From Candidatus Thorarchaeota archaeon (lineage in GTDB: Archaea > Asgardarchaeota > Thorarchaeia > Thorarchaeales > Thorarchaeaceae), in contig JBHLRC010000001.1 of the NCBI GenBank assembly GCA_048882965.1, positions 18,716 through 82,715 on the forward strand: 64,000 nucleotides of DNA, written 5' to 3'. The position numbers and the translations under genes were made by a program. The notes under the pieces are model-generated. The model was not told the origin of the DNA, made no database searches, and saw only the letters and a program-made list of their open reading frames with translations. Below, one piece after another: positions 44,884 through 54,422 of this stretch; within the stretch, counting starts at the first letter, position 1; each line of letters starts with the position of its first letter.

Positions 44884-45942
44884 ATGCGGAGGAAAGCAGT
44901 ACTCATTCCATTGATTCTGTTATTGTTGCCTTTTGTCATGAGTGAGGTAACGATTGATGTGCAAGCACAGCCGACCGTCGAAGGAATCATTGCAGTTTCA
45001 GTCACGTCTCTTGCAGGGATTGTTCAGGGGATTGGAGGGACCATATACAACACAACAGTCCTGATGAAGCAAGAAGCAGATCCTCATGCTTTCACAATAA
45101 CTCCAGAAATCCTCGATATTGCAAATAATGCAGACCTACTTGTCTTCACAGGTCATTTTCATTGGGAGGAGGATCTTGCAAATCAGACCTCGACCCCATA
45201 CATCACATATCACGATGCGGGAGCGGTGGAGAACTATGATGATTTTGGTGCAGAACTCTCGCCGATGCCAGGTGGCGGGTTGGGAGGAGAAGACGATAAC
45301 GAAGGAAATCCACATGGTTTCTGGTTACTCCCAAGCAATGCATTGGCTGTTGCTAATGCCACACGTTCAGCATTGATATCACTGAATTCAACCTATGCCA
45401 GTGAATTGAATTCGAACTTTGATGCGTTTGAAGAAGCTATTCATGAATTCGAGGAGAAGATAGGAATTCTTAGTGAGGATTATGGTTTCTCAGGCATGCA
45501 GGCAGTGGTTGTGTTCCCTGCTGAGGCATATGTGGCAGAAGCATTTGGAGTGACACCAGTCGCGGTCCTTCAGGTCGAAGAGATCACCATATCAGGACCG
45601 ATGCTTTATGATGTTCAACAAGCTCTCAAAAACGGTAGCGTTAACCTGATCATCGGTTCAGATATTTCTAAATTGCAGTCTGGTGGGGAGTTTGCGTACC
45701 AACTGCAAGCAGACTATGGTGGCATCCTTATCTGGTGGAAGACCATCTTCTTTGCAGAATCAAATTATCTCTGGATGATGAACTATAACCTAGACGTTCT
45801 GATTAGTGGTATAGAGCAAGGACCACAGGAGATTGTTGACAATACGCTGAATATTGGTCTTGCAGCAACGTCCGGTGTTCTCGGTATTCTTGTTGTCATT
45901 GAAACAGTGCTCTTGATAGTACGAGCAAGAGAAGAGAAGTAA
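44884..45942 (+). CDS. Metal ABC transporter substrate-binding protein (ZnuA/TroA-like) with a C-terminal TM anchor
   Basis: EADPHAF and GNPHGFWL motifs, an acidic loop (GGEDDNEGNPH), an N-terminal signal peptide and a C-terminal hydrophobic helix. Confidence 0.75.
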   Translation: MRRKAVLIPLILLLLPFVMSEVTIDVQAQPTVEGIIAVSVTSLAGIVQGIGGTIYNTTVLMKQEADPHAFTITPEILDIANNADLLVFTGHFHWEEDLANQTSTPYITYHDAGAVENYDDFGAELSPMPGGGLGGEDDNEGNPHGFWLLPSNALAVANATRSALISLNSTYASELNSNFDAFEEAIHEFEEKIGILSEDYGFSGMQAVVVFPAEAYVAEAFGVTPVAVLQVEEITISGPMLYDVQQALKNGSVNLIIGSDISKLQSGGEFAYQLQADYGGILIWWKTIFFAESNYLWMMNYNLDVLISGIEQGPQEIVDNTLNIGLAATSGVLGILVVIETVLLIVRAREEK

Positions 45943-45949
45943 TAGAGAT

Positions 45950-46303
45950 TCATTGAACTTTTGTACCCAGTCTCAGGTTGTATACAGCAAATTCTAACTC
46001 AGTCAGCTCATCTTGGAGTTTCTTATACTTCTCATCAAATTCATCAACACCAATAATTCCAGCCTTTTTATCAGTCACAAGCTGTTTGAGGGCTTTCTGA
46101 CGTTCGTGAATCTGTTTCTTCAGTTTCTCCCATTCTTCCTTATTTGATGTGATTGACGCGCCCCAACTCTTGCTTGCATTAGCATCTTGGTCGAGCTTGT
46201 GGACTATATCATCTAATGACTTCTTGATGGCTTCTGGATTGTCTGACTTCTCAGATTCACGGTCATTCAAAGTAATCACTATCGCATTTTGAAAAGGGTG
46301 CAA
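45950..46303 (-). CDS. Hypothetical coiled-coil protein
   Basis: The ORF has no internal Met, so it would need the TTG start at 46303. K/E-rich helical C-terminus. Confidence 0.35.
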   Translation of the reverse strand: MHPFQNAIVITLNDRESEKSDNPEAIKKSLDDIVHKLDQDANASKSWGASITSNKEEWEKLKKQIHERQKALKQLVTDKKAGIIGVDEFDEKYKKLQDELTELEFAVYNLRLGTKVQ

Positions 46304-46339
46304 TCGATATATGCCTTCAGTTTGCGCATGGATTGAGTG

Positions 46340-47272
46340 TCACATTAGTACTAGAAGAAGTGGAATTACAGGTAGCAAAAGGAGTGTGCCTATGGTCACA
46401 CTTGTTGAGGTAATTTCTACATCTAGATCAAATCCAGAAGCGTAGACTACTGTCAGGATTGCAGGGGGCATAAGAGATTCGAGAATGAGAACCTGAAGTG
46501 GAATTTGTGATAAGGTCGATAATAGGATAATTGGCAGAACCAATAGAGGTATTATAAACTGACGAACTGCAACAACATTCATAGCTGTTCTCAATTCAGC
46601 AAGAGAGAATCTAACACCAATACCGATACCAACCGATACTAGTGCGAGATATGTTGTGATTGGGGAATTGTATGATAAGACTAGTGCCAAGTCTGTTGGA
46701 AGTTCTAGGTTAAGTCCTACTAGAAACACAGAGAGTATTGCTGCTAGAAATGGTGGAAATGTGACTGCATCTTTTGCAATCTTTTTCCATTCAGTCCCTT
46801 TGCTCCCAAAAGTGGCACCCATGAAAGACCCGAGGGTTGCAAGAAGGACCATTTGTGTTAGTGAAAACATTACGACGAATGAAATTGCGCCTGACCCTAG
46901 GAACATCAGAGCTATTGGAAGTGGGACAAAGAGAGCGTTGTTGAATGTAGAACAGATATAGAGTGCCCCTTTGGTCTGATCACTGATTTCTATTGTTCGA
47001 AATCGTAGATTGATTAGTACAGGCCCAAGAAGGTGAATAATGAGTGTAATCGTTAGAAAGATTGGAATTTCTGAAAGTGATGTAGGTGTTGCTGTCACAA
47101 ACGTGTAAAAAATGAGGATTGGGACTAGAACATTGATGAGCAACGTGGTCAGATTCTTGTTAATGCTCTTTCCCTTTCCAGACAATCGAGCAATGAGATA
47201 GCCTGTGACAATAAAACCATAGAATAGGAATATCTGAGTCACTAGAACATCAACTGTCTGAATAACGACCAC
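46340..47272 (-). CDS. AEC (auxin efflux carrier) family membrane transporter
   Basis: Roughly 10-TM architecture in two 5-TM halves with a short central loop. Family recognised from overall pattern only. Confidence 0.6.
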   Translation of the reverse strand: MVVIQTVDVLVTQIFLFYGFIVTGYLIARLSGKGKSINKNLTTLLINVLVPILIFYTFVTATPTSLSEIPIFLTITLIIHLLGPVLINLRFRTIEISDQTKGALYICSTFNNALFVPLPIALMFLGSGAISFVVMFSLTQMVLLATLGSFMGATFGSKGTEWKKIAKDAVTFPPFLAAILSVFLVGLNLELPTDLALVLSYNSPITTYLALVSVGIGIGVRFSLAELRTAMNVVAVRQFIIPLLVLPIILLSTLSQIPLQVLILESLMPPAILTVVYASGFDLDVEITSTSVTIGTLLLLPVIPLLLVLM

Positions 47273-47320
47273 CAGTACTTCGAGCGCAACGATACACGGA
47301 ATAAACTATCGGATTAGGAA

Positions 47321-49102
47321 CTAGAGATTGCTCAAACCTAATTTCCTAAGTGCCTCAGCAGAAGGCCGGCCTGTTTTTCGGTCCCACTTTCGATATTCAT
47401 AATATTCGTCTAACTGTGAATCAACATCAGGTACGAAATCATCTGTGACACTCTCAGCGTGAGGGATCAGTAATGGTTTTGGTAATTTCTCATCCTCGGT
47501 TTTCAGCCCGCACTTAAGATTGAAGAGTCGTTTCATTGTGACAGCTCTGGCACCAATCTTCAGAATGTCTTCAAGTTTATAGGAGGACCCAATTGCCAGA
47601 TTTAATAGTTCAATGATTCTTTCGGGAGGAACAATGGCGAATTGACACATTATCACACAGTCGAAGAACGCTCTGAAATCCTGAAGTCTAGCTGCGGTCA
47701 TCCCTTTGCCTTCATTTTCCAATCGATCCCCTGCATTGATTCCTAGTTGACGGAACTCCTGTCCCATATCAACTGAATACATGTCACCCTCCATATGGGA
47801 TGCTCCTCGAGAAGCAATGGTATAGACTGTTGCCATTCCTGAGAAAGCACGGGGGTCATGATTTGGAATCTCCATACCCCTCACATGTAGCACAATGTCC
47901 TCAGCCGAATGTTTTCTAGCAACTGAAACAGCCCCCTCAGCCAAGATGTCACCCAATCCCTTTCTTGTTGCTATTGCATGGATTGTTTCAATGACTCCAT
48001 CAGGATCATCCCAAGTGAGCCCATAGTCTGCTTTTCCTATATCACAGAGATTCGTTGTAAATGCAATAGTGCTTCCACAGCTAATTGTATCCATCCCATA
48101 CTGGTTGCAGAGATGGTTCATGCGTGCTATCTTTTTGAGGTCAGAAATCAGTAAGTTCGAGCCAAATGAGGCAAGAGTTTGATATTCTGGACCTTCAATG
48201 CCAATCAGTTTATACTCAGGAATCGTGACCTTTCTTCCGCAGCCTATCGGACATGAGTAACATGCTGAACGCCCGGTCAATATCTCCTCCATGGATTTCG
48301 CATTAATCAGTTCAGAATCATCAAACTCAATCTCTTGGAAATACTTGATTGGCATGTCATTGAACATCATGGCGATATCAACATACATCGATGTTCCTTG
48401 GTCACTTAGCATAGACATCGCCTCACCAAGGATCTTTCTTGACTCATTCGCTAGTTTTTGAAACTCGTGAGGGCTATGAAGAACTGGTTTGGAATTACCT
48501 CCAACAACTATAGCTTTTAGCTTCTTGGAGCCCATTACAGCTCCAAGACCACATCGGGCAGAAACTCTCTCATTGGTTACAATGCTTGCGAACTTGACAA
48601 GATTCTCACCTGCAGGTCCTATACAGGCAACCTGAACATGACCATGTTCATTCTTCAATATTTCTTGAGTTGGTCCAGTCATCTCTCCCCACAATTCCAA
48701 GGCAGGGAGTAATGATGCACTTCCACTATCAATATGCAAGGTTACGGGACTCTCAGCTCTTCCCTTAATCAGAATTCCATCAAATCCTGAAAATTTTAGG
48801 AATGCCCCAAAATGGCCACCAACATGAGACTCGCCCCAAAGGTTTGTCAAAGGTGATTTTCCACATACAACATGACGACCAGTGCATGGAGCAAGTGTTC
48901 CAGTTAGAGGGCCCGTCATGAACAGGAGCATGTTCTCAGAACTAAGTGGATCAACACTATGGTCGAGATGTTGGTAAAGGAATCTTGATGCAAACCCACT
49001 TCCGCCAAGAAACTTAGTTGAAATGGTAGGAGGCGTTTCTAGTGTAGTAACCTTCCCAATCGATAAGTCAACAACCAGAAGTCGACCCATGTAGCCAGTC
49101 AT
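47321..49102 (-). CDS. aor: Tungsten-type aldehyde:ferredoxin oxidoreductase family protein
   Basis: N-terminal GRLLVVDLS.GKV, GLGAVMGSKKLKAIVV, C-x2-C-x3-C context (CYSCPIGCG), and about 590 aa in length. Confidence 0.85.
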   Translation of the reverse strand: MTGYMGRLLVVDLSIGKVTTLETPPTISTKFLGGSGFASRFLYQHLDHSVDPLSSENMLLFMTGPLTGTLAPCTGRHVVCGKSPLTNLWGESHVGGHFGAFLKFSGFDGILIKGRAESPVTLHIDSGSASLLPALELWGEMTGPTQEILKNEHGHVQVACIGPAGENLVKFASIVTNERVSARCGLGAVMGSKKLKAIVVGGNSKPVLHSPHEFQKLANESRKILGEAMSMLSDQGTSMYVDIAMMFNDMPIKYFQEIEFDDSELINAKSMEEILTGRSACYSCPIGCGRKVTIPEYKLIGIEGPEYQTLASFGSNLLISDLKKIARMNHLCNQYGMDTISCGSTIAFTTNLCDIGKADYGLTWDDPDGVIETIHAIATRKGLGDILAEGAVSVARKHSAEDIVLHVRGMEIPNHDPRAFSGMATVYTIASRGASHMEGDMYSVDMGQEFRQLGINAGDRLENEGKGMTAARLQDFRAFFDCVIMCQFAIVPPERIIELLNLAIGSSYKLEDILKIGARAVTMKRLFNLKCGLKTEDEKLPKPLLIPHAESVTDDFVPDVDSQLDEYYEYRKWDRKTGRPSAEALRKLGLSNL

Positions 49103-49112
49103 CCAATCACTC

Positions 49113-49799
49113 TCAGAAGTCCCTCATCATCTCCCATGTGTCCTGTTCATCTTCAACAACATCTTCAGGAAGTTCTATGGGTGTACCCGCTTGTTTTGCG
49201 GTCAGGTAAATCTTGCAGGCTCGTTCTAGAAGAATTGAGAGGAAGAGAGCATCCTTCAGATTCTTTGCCAAACATACTGCACCATGATTCGCAATAAGTG
49301 CTGCACTCCGATCCTTTAAGACTTCAACAACATTCTTTCCAAGTTGTTTTGTACCGGGCATTGCATACTTGCTGACTCGTATCCCAGCGCCCAATTTTGG
49401 CACTATCTCATCAAGTATTGGAGGGAGATTTTCATGAAGTATTGCCATTGCAGATGCGCACATACTATGGGTATGGACTACAGCCAATGCATCATTGCGG
49501 GTCCTATAAATCTCAAGATGCATTGGTGTTTCGACACTGGGATTTCTAGTCCCCTCGACTTCATTACCTTCCAAATCAATGACGACCACATCATCAATTG
49601 TCATTTCGGTGTAGTGAACTGAGCTCGGAGAGATAACAACGTGATCTCCAACCCTAAGACTCGCATTCCCAGAAGACCCAATTACGAGGTCATGTTTTAT
49701 CATCTCAAGACAAATGTCCAATAGTTCTTTCTTCTCCTTCTCATACACTTCAGTCACCTTGACCTGTAATTTCGTTCCATCGAGAGTAGTATCGATCAT
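49113..49799 (-). CDS. Class II aldolase/adducin-family protein (fuculose-/ribulose-phosphate aldolase-like)
   Basis: GSSGNASLRV, VVHTHSMCASAMA and ANHGAVCLAKNL include the Zn-ligand histidines. The start is ambiguous. ATG at 49799 gives a 50-nt overlap with the kinase gene. GTG at 49757 gives a GTGACTGA start/stop overlap and a typical N-terminus. Confidence 0.8.
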   Translation of the reverse strand: MIDTTLDGTKLQVKVTEVYEKEKKELLDICLEMIKHDLVIGSSGNASLRVGDHVVISPSSVHYTEMTIDDVVVIDLEGNEVEGTRNPSVETPMHLEIYRTRNDALAVVHTHSMCASAMAILHENLPPILDEIVPKLGAGIRVSKYAMPGTKQLGKNVVEVLKDRSAALIANHGAVCLAKNLKDALFLSILLERACKIYLTAKQAGTPIELPEDVVEDEQDTWEMMRDF

Positions 49800-51267
49800 A
49801 CTGCGCTGCACGGTCATCAGGTCGGAATACTTGTTTCCAACGCACCATGGCGTTAGAAGCATCATCCAAAGATGAGTAATAGCCAGCTCCAACGCATGCA
49901 CAAATAGCAGCTCCAAGGAGACTACCTTCAACCTGAATAGGTGTTTTGATAGGTCTATTCAACACATTTGCCAAGAGTTGTGGCCAGGTCTTTGATTGGC
50001 ACATACCCCCAACTGTCTTTACACCAGTTGATTGACCATATTTCTCCAGCTGCTCGACATTTCCTCGCATTGCAAAGGCGATATTCTCAAGGACTGCATG
50101 AATCATTCTAGAGGAATTAAGAGGAATAACTTGTGGTAAAGCTGGTTGGGGAAATATCATAGATGCCAGCTTCACATCTGTAATCTGTTGACAGTCCATC
50201 ACACTAGGACCAAGGGAAACGAAGGTTTCATCACTTCCTGGAGGAATTCCCTTAACTATCTCATCCAACTTATCGAATGTTTTACGTACACACTTCACCG
50301 GGTTCTGAGATCTTTCACAAAGGAGTCTTATCACCCATTCAAGTACTGCTCCTGTCAGAGTTGCATTGCTTTCTAGAGCCCATTGTCCCTCTATTATATG
50401 AGCACCAGTCCAAATCTTCTGGTCAGAAACACAGATAGGACTGTCGATAACCATCATTACTGGTGTAGTGCTTCCTGCAATGACTGTAATCTCACCTACT
50501 TGAGATTGACTCGCCAGAAGGGCACAATGTGTATCAGCTCCCCCCTGAACAACAGGGAGGCCTTTTGGAAGGCCACACTCTTTCTCTGCTGTCGATGTGA
50601 CCTCACCGATTACTTCACCCACTTTCCGTATCTCAGGAAGTATTGCAGGATCAATGTTGAGTGCTGAAAGAACATCTTCACTCCATTCGTTGGTTCGGAC
50701 ATCAAGTAAGCCAGTAGCACTTGCTGATGATGTGTCTGTTGCATAAATTTCTGAGAGTCTGAATGATATCCAATCACAGATTGGAAGAAGATGAGTAATT
50801 TTCTCATATATCTCGGGTTTTTCCTCCTCAAACCATCCTAGTCGAGAAGGAGCAAACATCATTGGAGGCCAGCATCCCGTAATCTCATGATAAGCTTCTC
50901 CAAGAGATTCATCAATAAGATACTGAGTCATTGCGCCACGAGCATCGATGTTGGGGCACCCATGTAACTCGTTACCATTTGAGTCAAGTAATACAAGACC
51001 ATGGCGCTGACTTGTTGTGGCTACAGCGTTGAGATCCGATTTCTTAATTCCAGAGTTCTTGATGGCGCTCTTGATAACTGTACAAACAAGCTTCCAGAAG
51101 TCGGATGGGTTGAATTCCTTTGCAATTTCTAGATCAGGAGGTGTGATGTAATCCCAGGAGGTTCGAGCTATACCAGGACTCCTTCCTTTAGCATCGACTA
51201 TCATACATCGTACGCCTGTTGTACCTGCATCAATCGCAGCAACCACCATAATTATTCCTCTAATCAT
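49750..51267 (-). CDS. FGGY-family carbohydrate kinase
   Basis: AIDAGTTGVRCMIVD, GGADTHCALLAS and VGGMCQSKTWPQLLANVLNRPI. ATG at 51267 (ATGATTAG overlap with the upstream stop) or at 51249. Confidence 0.85.
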   Translation of the reverse strand: MIRGIIMVVAAIDAGTTGVRCMIVDAKGRSPGIARTSWDYITPPDLEIAKEFNPSDFWKLVCTVIKSAIKNSGIKKSDLNAVATTSQRHGLVLLDSNGNELHGCPNIDARGAMTQYLIDESLGEAYHEITGCWPPMMFAPSRLGWFEEEKPEIYEKITHLLPICDWISFRLSEIYATDTSSASATGLLDVRTNEWSEDVLSALNIDPAILPEIRKVGEVIGEVTSTAEKECGLPKGLPVVQGGADTHCALLASQSQVGEITVIAGSTTPVMMVIDSPICVSDQKIWTGAHIIEGQWALESNATLTGAVLEWVIRLLCERSQNPVKCVRKTFDKLDEIVKGIPPGSDETFVSLGPSVMDCQQITDVKLASMIFPQPALPQVIPLNSSRMIHAVLENIAFAMRGNVEQLEKYGQSTGVKTVGGMCQSKTWPQLLANVLNRPIKTPIQVEGSLLGAAICACVGAGYYSSLDDASNAMVRWKQVFRPDDRAAQYDRYYSRWNEITGQGD

Positions 51268-52285
51268 AGACCTCTGGATTCAAGATGTTCGAGGGTTTCT
51301 CACCTTTAAGGAAAGCTAGGATACTAGTCACGATACTATCTGACTGACGTTTTACAGTTTCCATTGTGTTTCCACCCATATGGGGCATCACAGTAACATT
51401 GTCTAACTCAAGAAACTCATTATCACTATCAACAGGCTCCATGGAAAAAACATCTAAACCAGCTCCTGCAATAGTTCCATTCAAGAGAGCATCACGGAGT
51501 GCACGCTCATCAATAATTGAAGCCCGAGCTGTATTGATTAAAATTGCAGTCTTTTTCATCATCTGAAACTCTTTAGTACCCAACATTCCTTGAGTTTCGT
51601 CAGTTGATGGACAGTGTATCGAAACGATGTCTGAGCTCTTCAGGAGTTCATCAAGTTCAACCAGTTTCCCACCCACGTCCCTAACTCTATCAGCATCTGC
51701 ATACGGATCGGTAACAAGTATATCTACCCCGAAGGCTTCCAAACGTCTAGCAACCTCAAACCCAATTTGGCCAAGCCCGATTATACCCACTGTACGACCA
51801 AATAGCTCGAATCCCATGAGATGAGCGTACATATTTGCAAAGTCCTTGAAGTCATCCACGAAGAAATCATTATTCAGAAACCGTTCTGTAGCCACTATCT
51901 TCCTTGCCTGAGCAAGCATCAGGGCAATGGTGTGTTCAGATACAGCAATAGTATTTCTTCCGGGAACTGCTATCACAGGTATCTTTCTTGCTGTGGCAGC
52001 TTGTAATGATATGTTATTGGGATCTCCTCTGACTGATCCAACAAGCTTCACCTCAATCTGAGTGAGTATCTCCTCTTTCAACTCGTCGCCCTCTACTATG
52101 ACAATGTCATAGTTTCCATCCCTGATTGTCTGAAGAAGTGACTCACCCATGTGGAGCTTTCCAGTATCTAGCCAGCTTTTGTGGTCTACCTCTAGACCTG
52201 CATCCTGCAAAGTCCGAATACCTGATTCAGTGAATGGAGCAGTGATGAGAACTCGCAAATGGAAACCCTCCAATTTCAGATGCAT
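51260..52285 (-). CDS. D-isomer-specific 2-hydroxyacid dehydrogenase (PGDH-like)
   Basis: NAD motif GIIGLGQIGFEVARRL...V.DPY, then ARASIIDE..L...L....I.GAGLDVF..EP and HMGGNT. I chose ATG at 52285 because the extension to 52351 would run into the conserved promoter block. Confidence 0.8.
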   Translation of the reverse strand: MHLKLEGFHLRVLITAPFTESGIRTLQDAGLEVDHKSWLDTGKLHMGESLLQTIRDGNYDIVIVEGDELKEEILTQIEVKLVGSVRGDPNNISLQAATARKIPVIAVPGRNTIAVSEHTIALMLAQARKIVATERFLNNDFFVDDFKDFANMYAHLMGFELFGRTVGIIGLGQIGFEVARRLEAFGVDILVTDPYADADRVRDVGGKLVELDELLKSSDIVSIHCPSTDETQGMLGTKEFQMMKKTAILINTARASIIDERALRDALLNGTIAGAGLDVFSMEPVDSDNEFLELDNVTVMPHMGGNTMETVKRQSDSIVTSILAFLKGEKPSNILNPEVYD

Positions 52286-52338
52286 ACAGACTTGGTTCGT
52301 CCCTTTAAACATTAAGCGATTTAATGCTAAACAGACTA

Positions 52339-52424
52339 GTTTGTGCCGCAAACCACGATGTACCTCAAAGATTGTCCATGTCTTATATTCATTCTATCCA
52401 TGTACATACACGTGATTTACAATG
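52339..52424 (+). promoter_or_regulatory. Conserved 86-nt upstream block (copy B): distal CGATGTACC site, TATA TTATATT (52383-52389), palindrome ATGTACAT (52400-52407), GTGAT Shine-Dalgarno, ATG
   Basis: Indel-free alignment to 7111..7196 (70/86 identical by hand count) with identical spacing of all sub-elements to the start codon. Confidence 0.7.
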
Positions 52425-53168
52425 TCTGAATCTGCTATCACAATAACTAATCTGACCAAAAGGTTCGAAGATATCACAGCTGTCGACAATCTCAGTCTTG
52501 AGATTGGTTGGGGCGAGCTGTTTGGCATCCTCGGACCAAATGGTGCAGGCAAGAGTACAGTAGTAAACATTCTCAATACTCTTCTAGAGCCAACCAATGG
52601 TTCAGCAACGGTTGATGGACATGATGTTGTCTTTGACCCAGATAGTATTCGAAAAGTGATTGGTGTCTGTCCTCAGGAACCTGCGTTCTATCCCCATCTA
52701 ACAGGTAGAGAGAACATCACTCTCATGGGTGATATGCATCTCGTTCCTAAAGATGTTCTCGAGAGCAGGGTCAGTTCCATTGTTGAGAAAATTGGTATGG
52801 AGGATCATATCAACAGACCAGCAAAGGAATACAGCGGTGGAATGATTCGTAGGGTCAGTATGCTAATGGCGTTAGTCAATGACCCTAAAATTGCTCTATT
52901 AGATGAGCCGACTGTCGCGATGGATCCTAAATCCCGAAGAGCAGTCTGGGACTATATTAGAGAGTTGAAGATGCAGGGTAAAGCCATCATTCTAACAACA
53001 CACTACATGGAGGAGGCTCAGGAGCTATGTGACAGAGTTGCTATCATTGACGAGGGCAAACTGATTGCACTTGGATCTCCAACAGACTTGATGGAAGCAC
53101 ATCAAGCTAAGAACCTGGAAGAAGTCTTCCTGAAACTAACAGGTAAGAAACTGAGGGAGGATGCATAG
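52422..53168 (+). CDS. ABC-2-type exporter ATP-binding protein
   Basis: Walker A GPNGAGKST, signature YSGGMIRR, Walker B ALLDEPT. Confidence 0.85.
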   Translation: MSESAITITNLTKRFEDITAVDNLSLEIGWGELFGILGPNGAGKSTVVNILNTLLEPTNGSATVDGHDVVFDPDSIRKVIGVCPQEPAFYPHLTGRENITLMGDMHLVPKDVLESRVSSIVEKIGMEDHINRPAKEYSGGMIRRVSMLMALVNDPKIALLDEPTVAMDPKSRRAVWDYIRELKMQGKAIILTTHYMEEAQELCDRVAIIDEGKLIALGSPTDLMEAHQAKNLEEVFLKLTGKKLREDA

Positions 53169-53170
53169 AG

Positions 53171-54331
53171 ATGAATCTAAGAAGAATAATATCTTTAGTG
53201 AAGAAAGATCTGAAGAAAACACACAGAGAACCAGCTGTTCTTTTTCTTCTGATAATATTCCCCATAGTATTGACCATCATCTTTGGTCTTGCTTTTGGTG
53301 GAATTGGAGATGGAGGAACTACAAGCTTTGATGTAGGGCTCCTTAATCTGGATGCCACGAGTCCGCAAGCTGATTGGAGTATGGCCTTTGTTGACAATCT
53401 CACGTACTCCGAGGTCTTTGTTGTTCATACGTATGAGAATAATGCAACTGGTCAGTCTGCCCTTCTACAAGGTAACCTCGATGCGTTCATTGTCATTCCT
53501 GAAGGGTTTGGGGATAGTATAGTATCATACTATGGATCTCCTATTGATCCTAGTTCTTGGTTAAATACTACCATTGGACTCTACGTTGACAGTGGATCAA
53601 TGATGGCAGTATCGGCGGTTCCTCCTCTTGTACAGCAAGTTCTGATGAATACAGTGTTTGGGAGTGGTGCAATGACTTTGAGTCTGCCAATCGAGATTTC
53701 AAGTCCTGCATTGGTTGAATCAAGCACATTCTCTCAATGGGACTTCATGGCTCCAGGCATATTTGCATTTGCTTCAATTTTCCTGACAATGATTGTGGCT
53801 CAATCTATGACTTATGAACGAGATGAAGGTCTCTTGAAGAGACTGCGAACCACACCGGTTTCATCAGCTGACTACATGGTCAGTCAGACTCTGACTTACA
53901 TGATCATAGCAGCTGTTCAAGTAGCACTTGTACTAGCCTCATCGTTTGCTATAGGATATAGACCCGCAACTGGACCAGCAGGAATTGCGTTCACCTTTGT
54001 GATTGCTTTAGCATTCTCCTTGGTTGCAGTCGGTTTCGGACTGATTGCAGCATCCATATCGAAGTCCGCAGAAGTTTCAACGGGAGTGAGCTTCGCATTC
54101 ATCATGCCTCAGATGTTCTTTGGAACGTTCATGCCATTGGGAGGCGCAACCGAGGTTATTGCAAAGTTCATGCCCAGCAAGTACCTCACCGATACGGTGA
54201 CTACACTATTCCTCAGAGGTGCACCAATAACAACTCCTGTCATCTGGACTAATTTAGCGATTGTGTCAATTCTTGGTGTCCTACTTGTTGCTGTAGGAAT
54301 CATTCTATTCGAGAAGTTCGGTTCTCGCTAG
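53171..54331 (+). CDS. ABC-2-type exporter permease
   Basis: An N-terminal TM helix, a large extracytoplasmic loop, then five C-terminal TM helices. Starts 3 nt after the ATPase gene. Confidence 0.75.
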   Translation: MNLRRIISLVKKDLKKTHREPAVLFLLIIFPIVLTIIFGLAFGGIGDGGTTSFDVGLLNLDATSPQADWSMAFVDNLTYSEVFVVHTYENNATGQSALLQGNLDAFIVIPEGFGDSIVSYYGSPIDPSSWLNTTIGLYVDSGSMMAVSAVPPLVQQVLMNTVFGSGAMTLSLPIEISSPALVESSTFSQWDFMAPGIFAFASIFLTMIVAQSMTYERDEGLLKRLRTTPVSSADYMVSQTLTYMIIAAVQVALVLASSFAIGYRPATGPAGIAFTFVIALAFSLVAVGFGLIAASISKSAEVSTGVSFAFIMPQMFFGTFMPLGGATEVIAKFMPSKYLTDTVTTLFLRGAPITTPVIWTNLAIVSILGVLLVAVGIILFEKFGSR

Positions 54332-54361
54332 GAGTCCCTCTCGGGACTCCACTCCTTTTTT
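54331..54361 (+). terminator. Hairpin plus T-run terminator-like element
   Basis: GGAGTCCC-tctc-GGGACTCC, followed after 5 nt by TTTTTT. It begins at the last base of the stop codon of the permease gene. Confidence 0.55.
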
Positions 54362-54422
54362 CTAGTAGATTTATTATGGGGGTTTTGAAAGTGAATTTGT
54401 TATTCAATACTGAGGTGATTGT

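Noticed and set aside
52286-52351. N-terminal extension of the 2-hydroxyacid dehydrogenase ORF
   Set aside because: It would run into the 86-nt conserved non-coding block (52339..52424). The extension has no dehydrogenase-like sequence.
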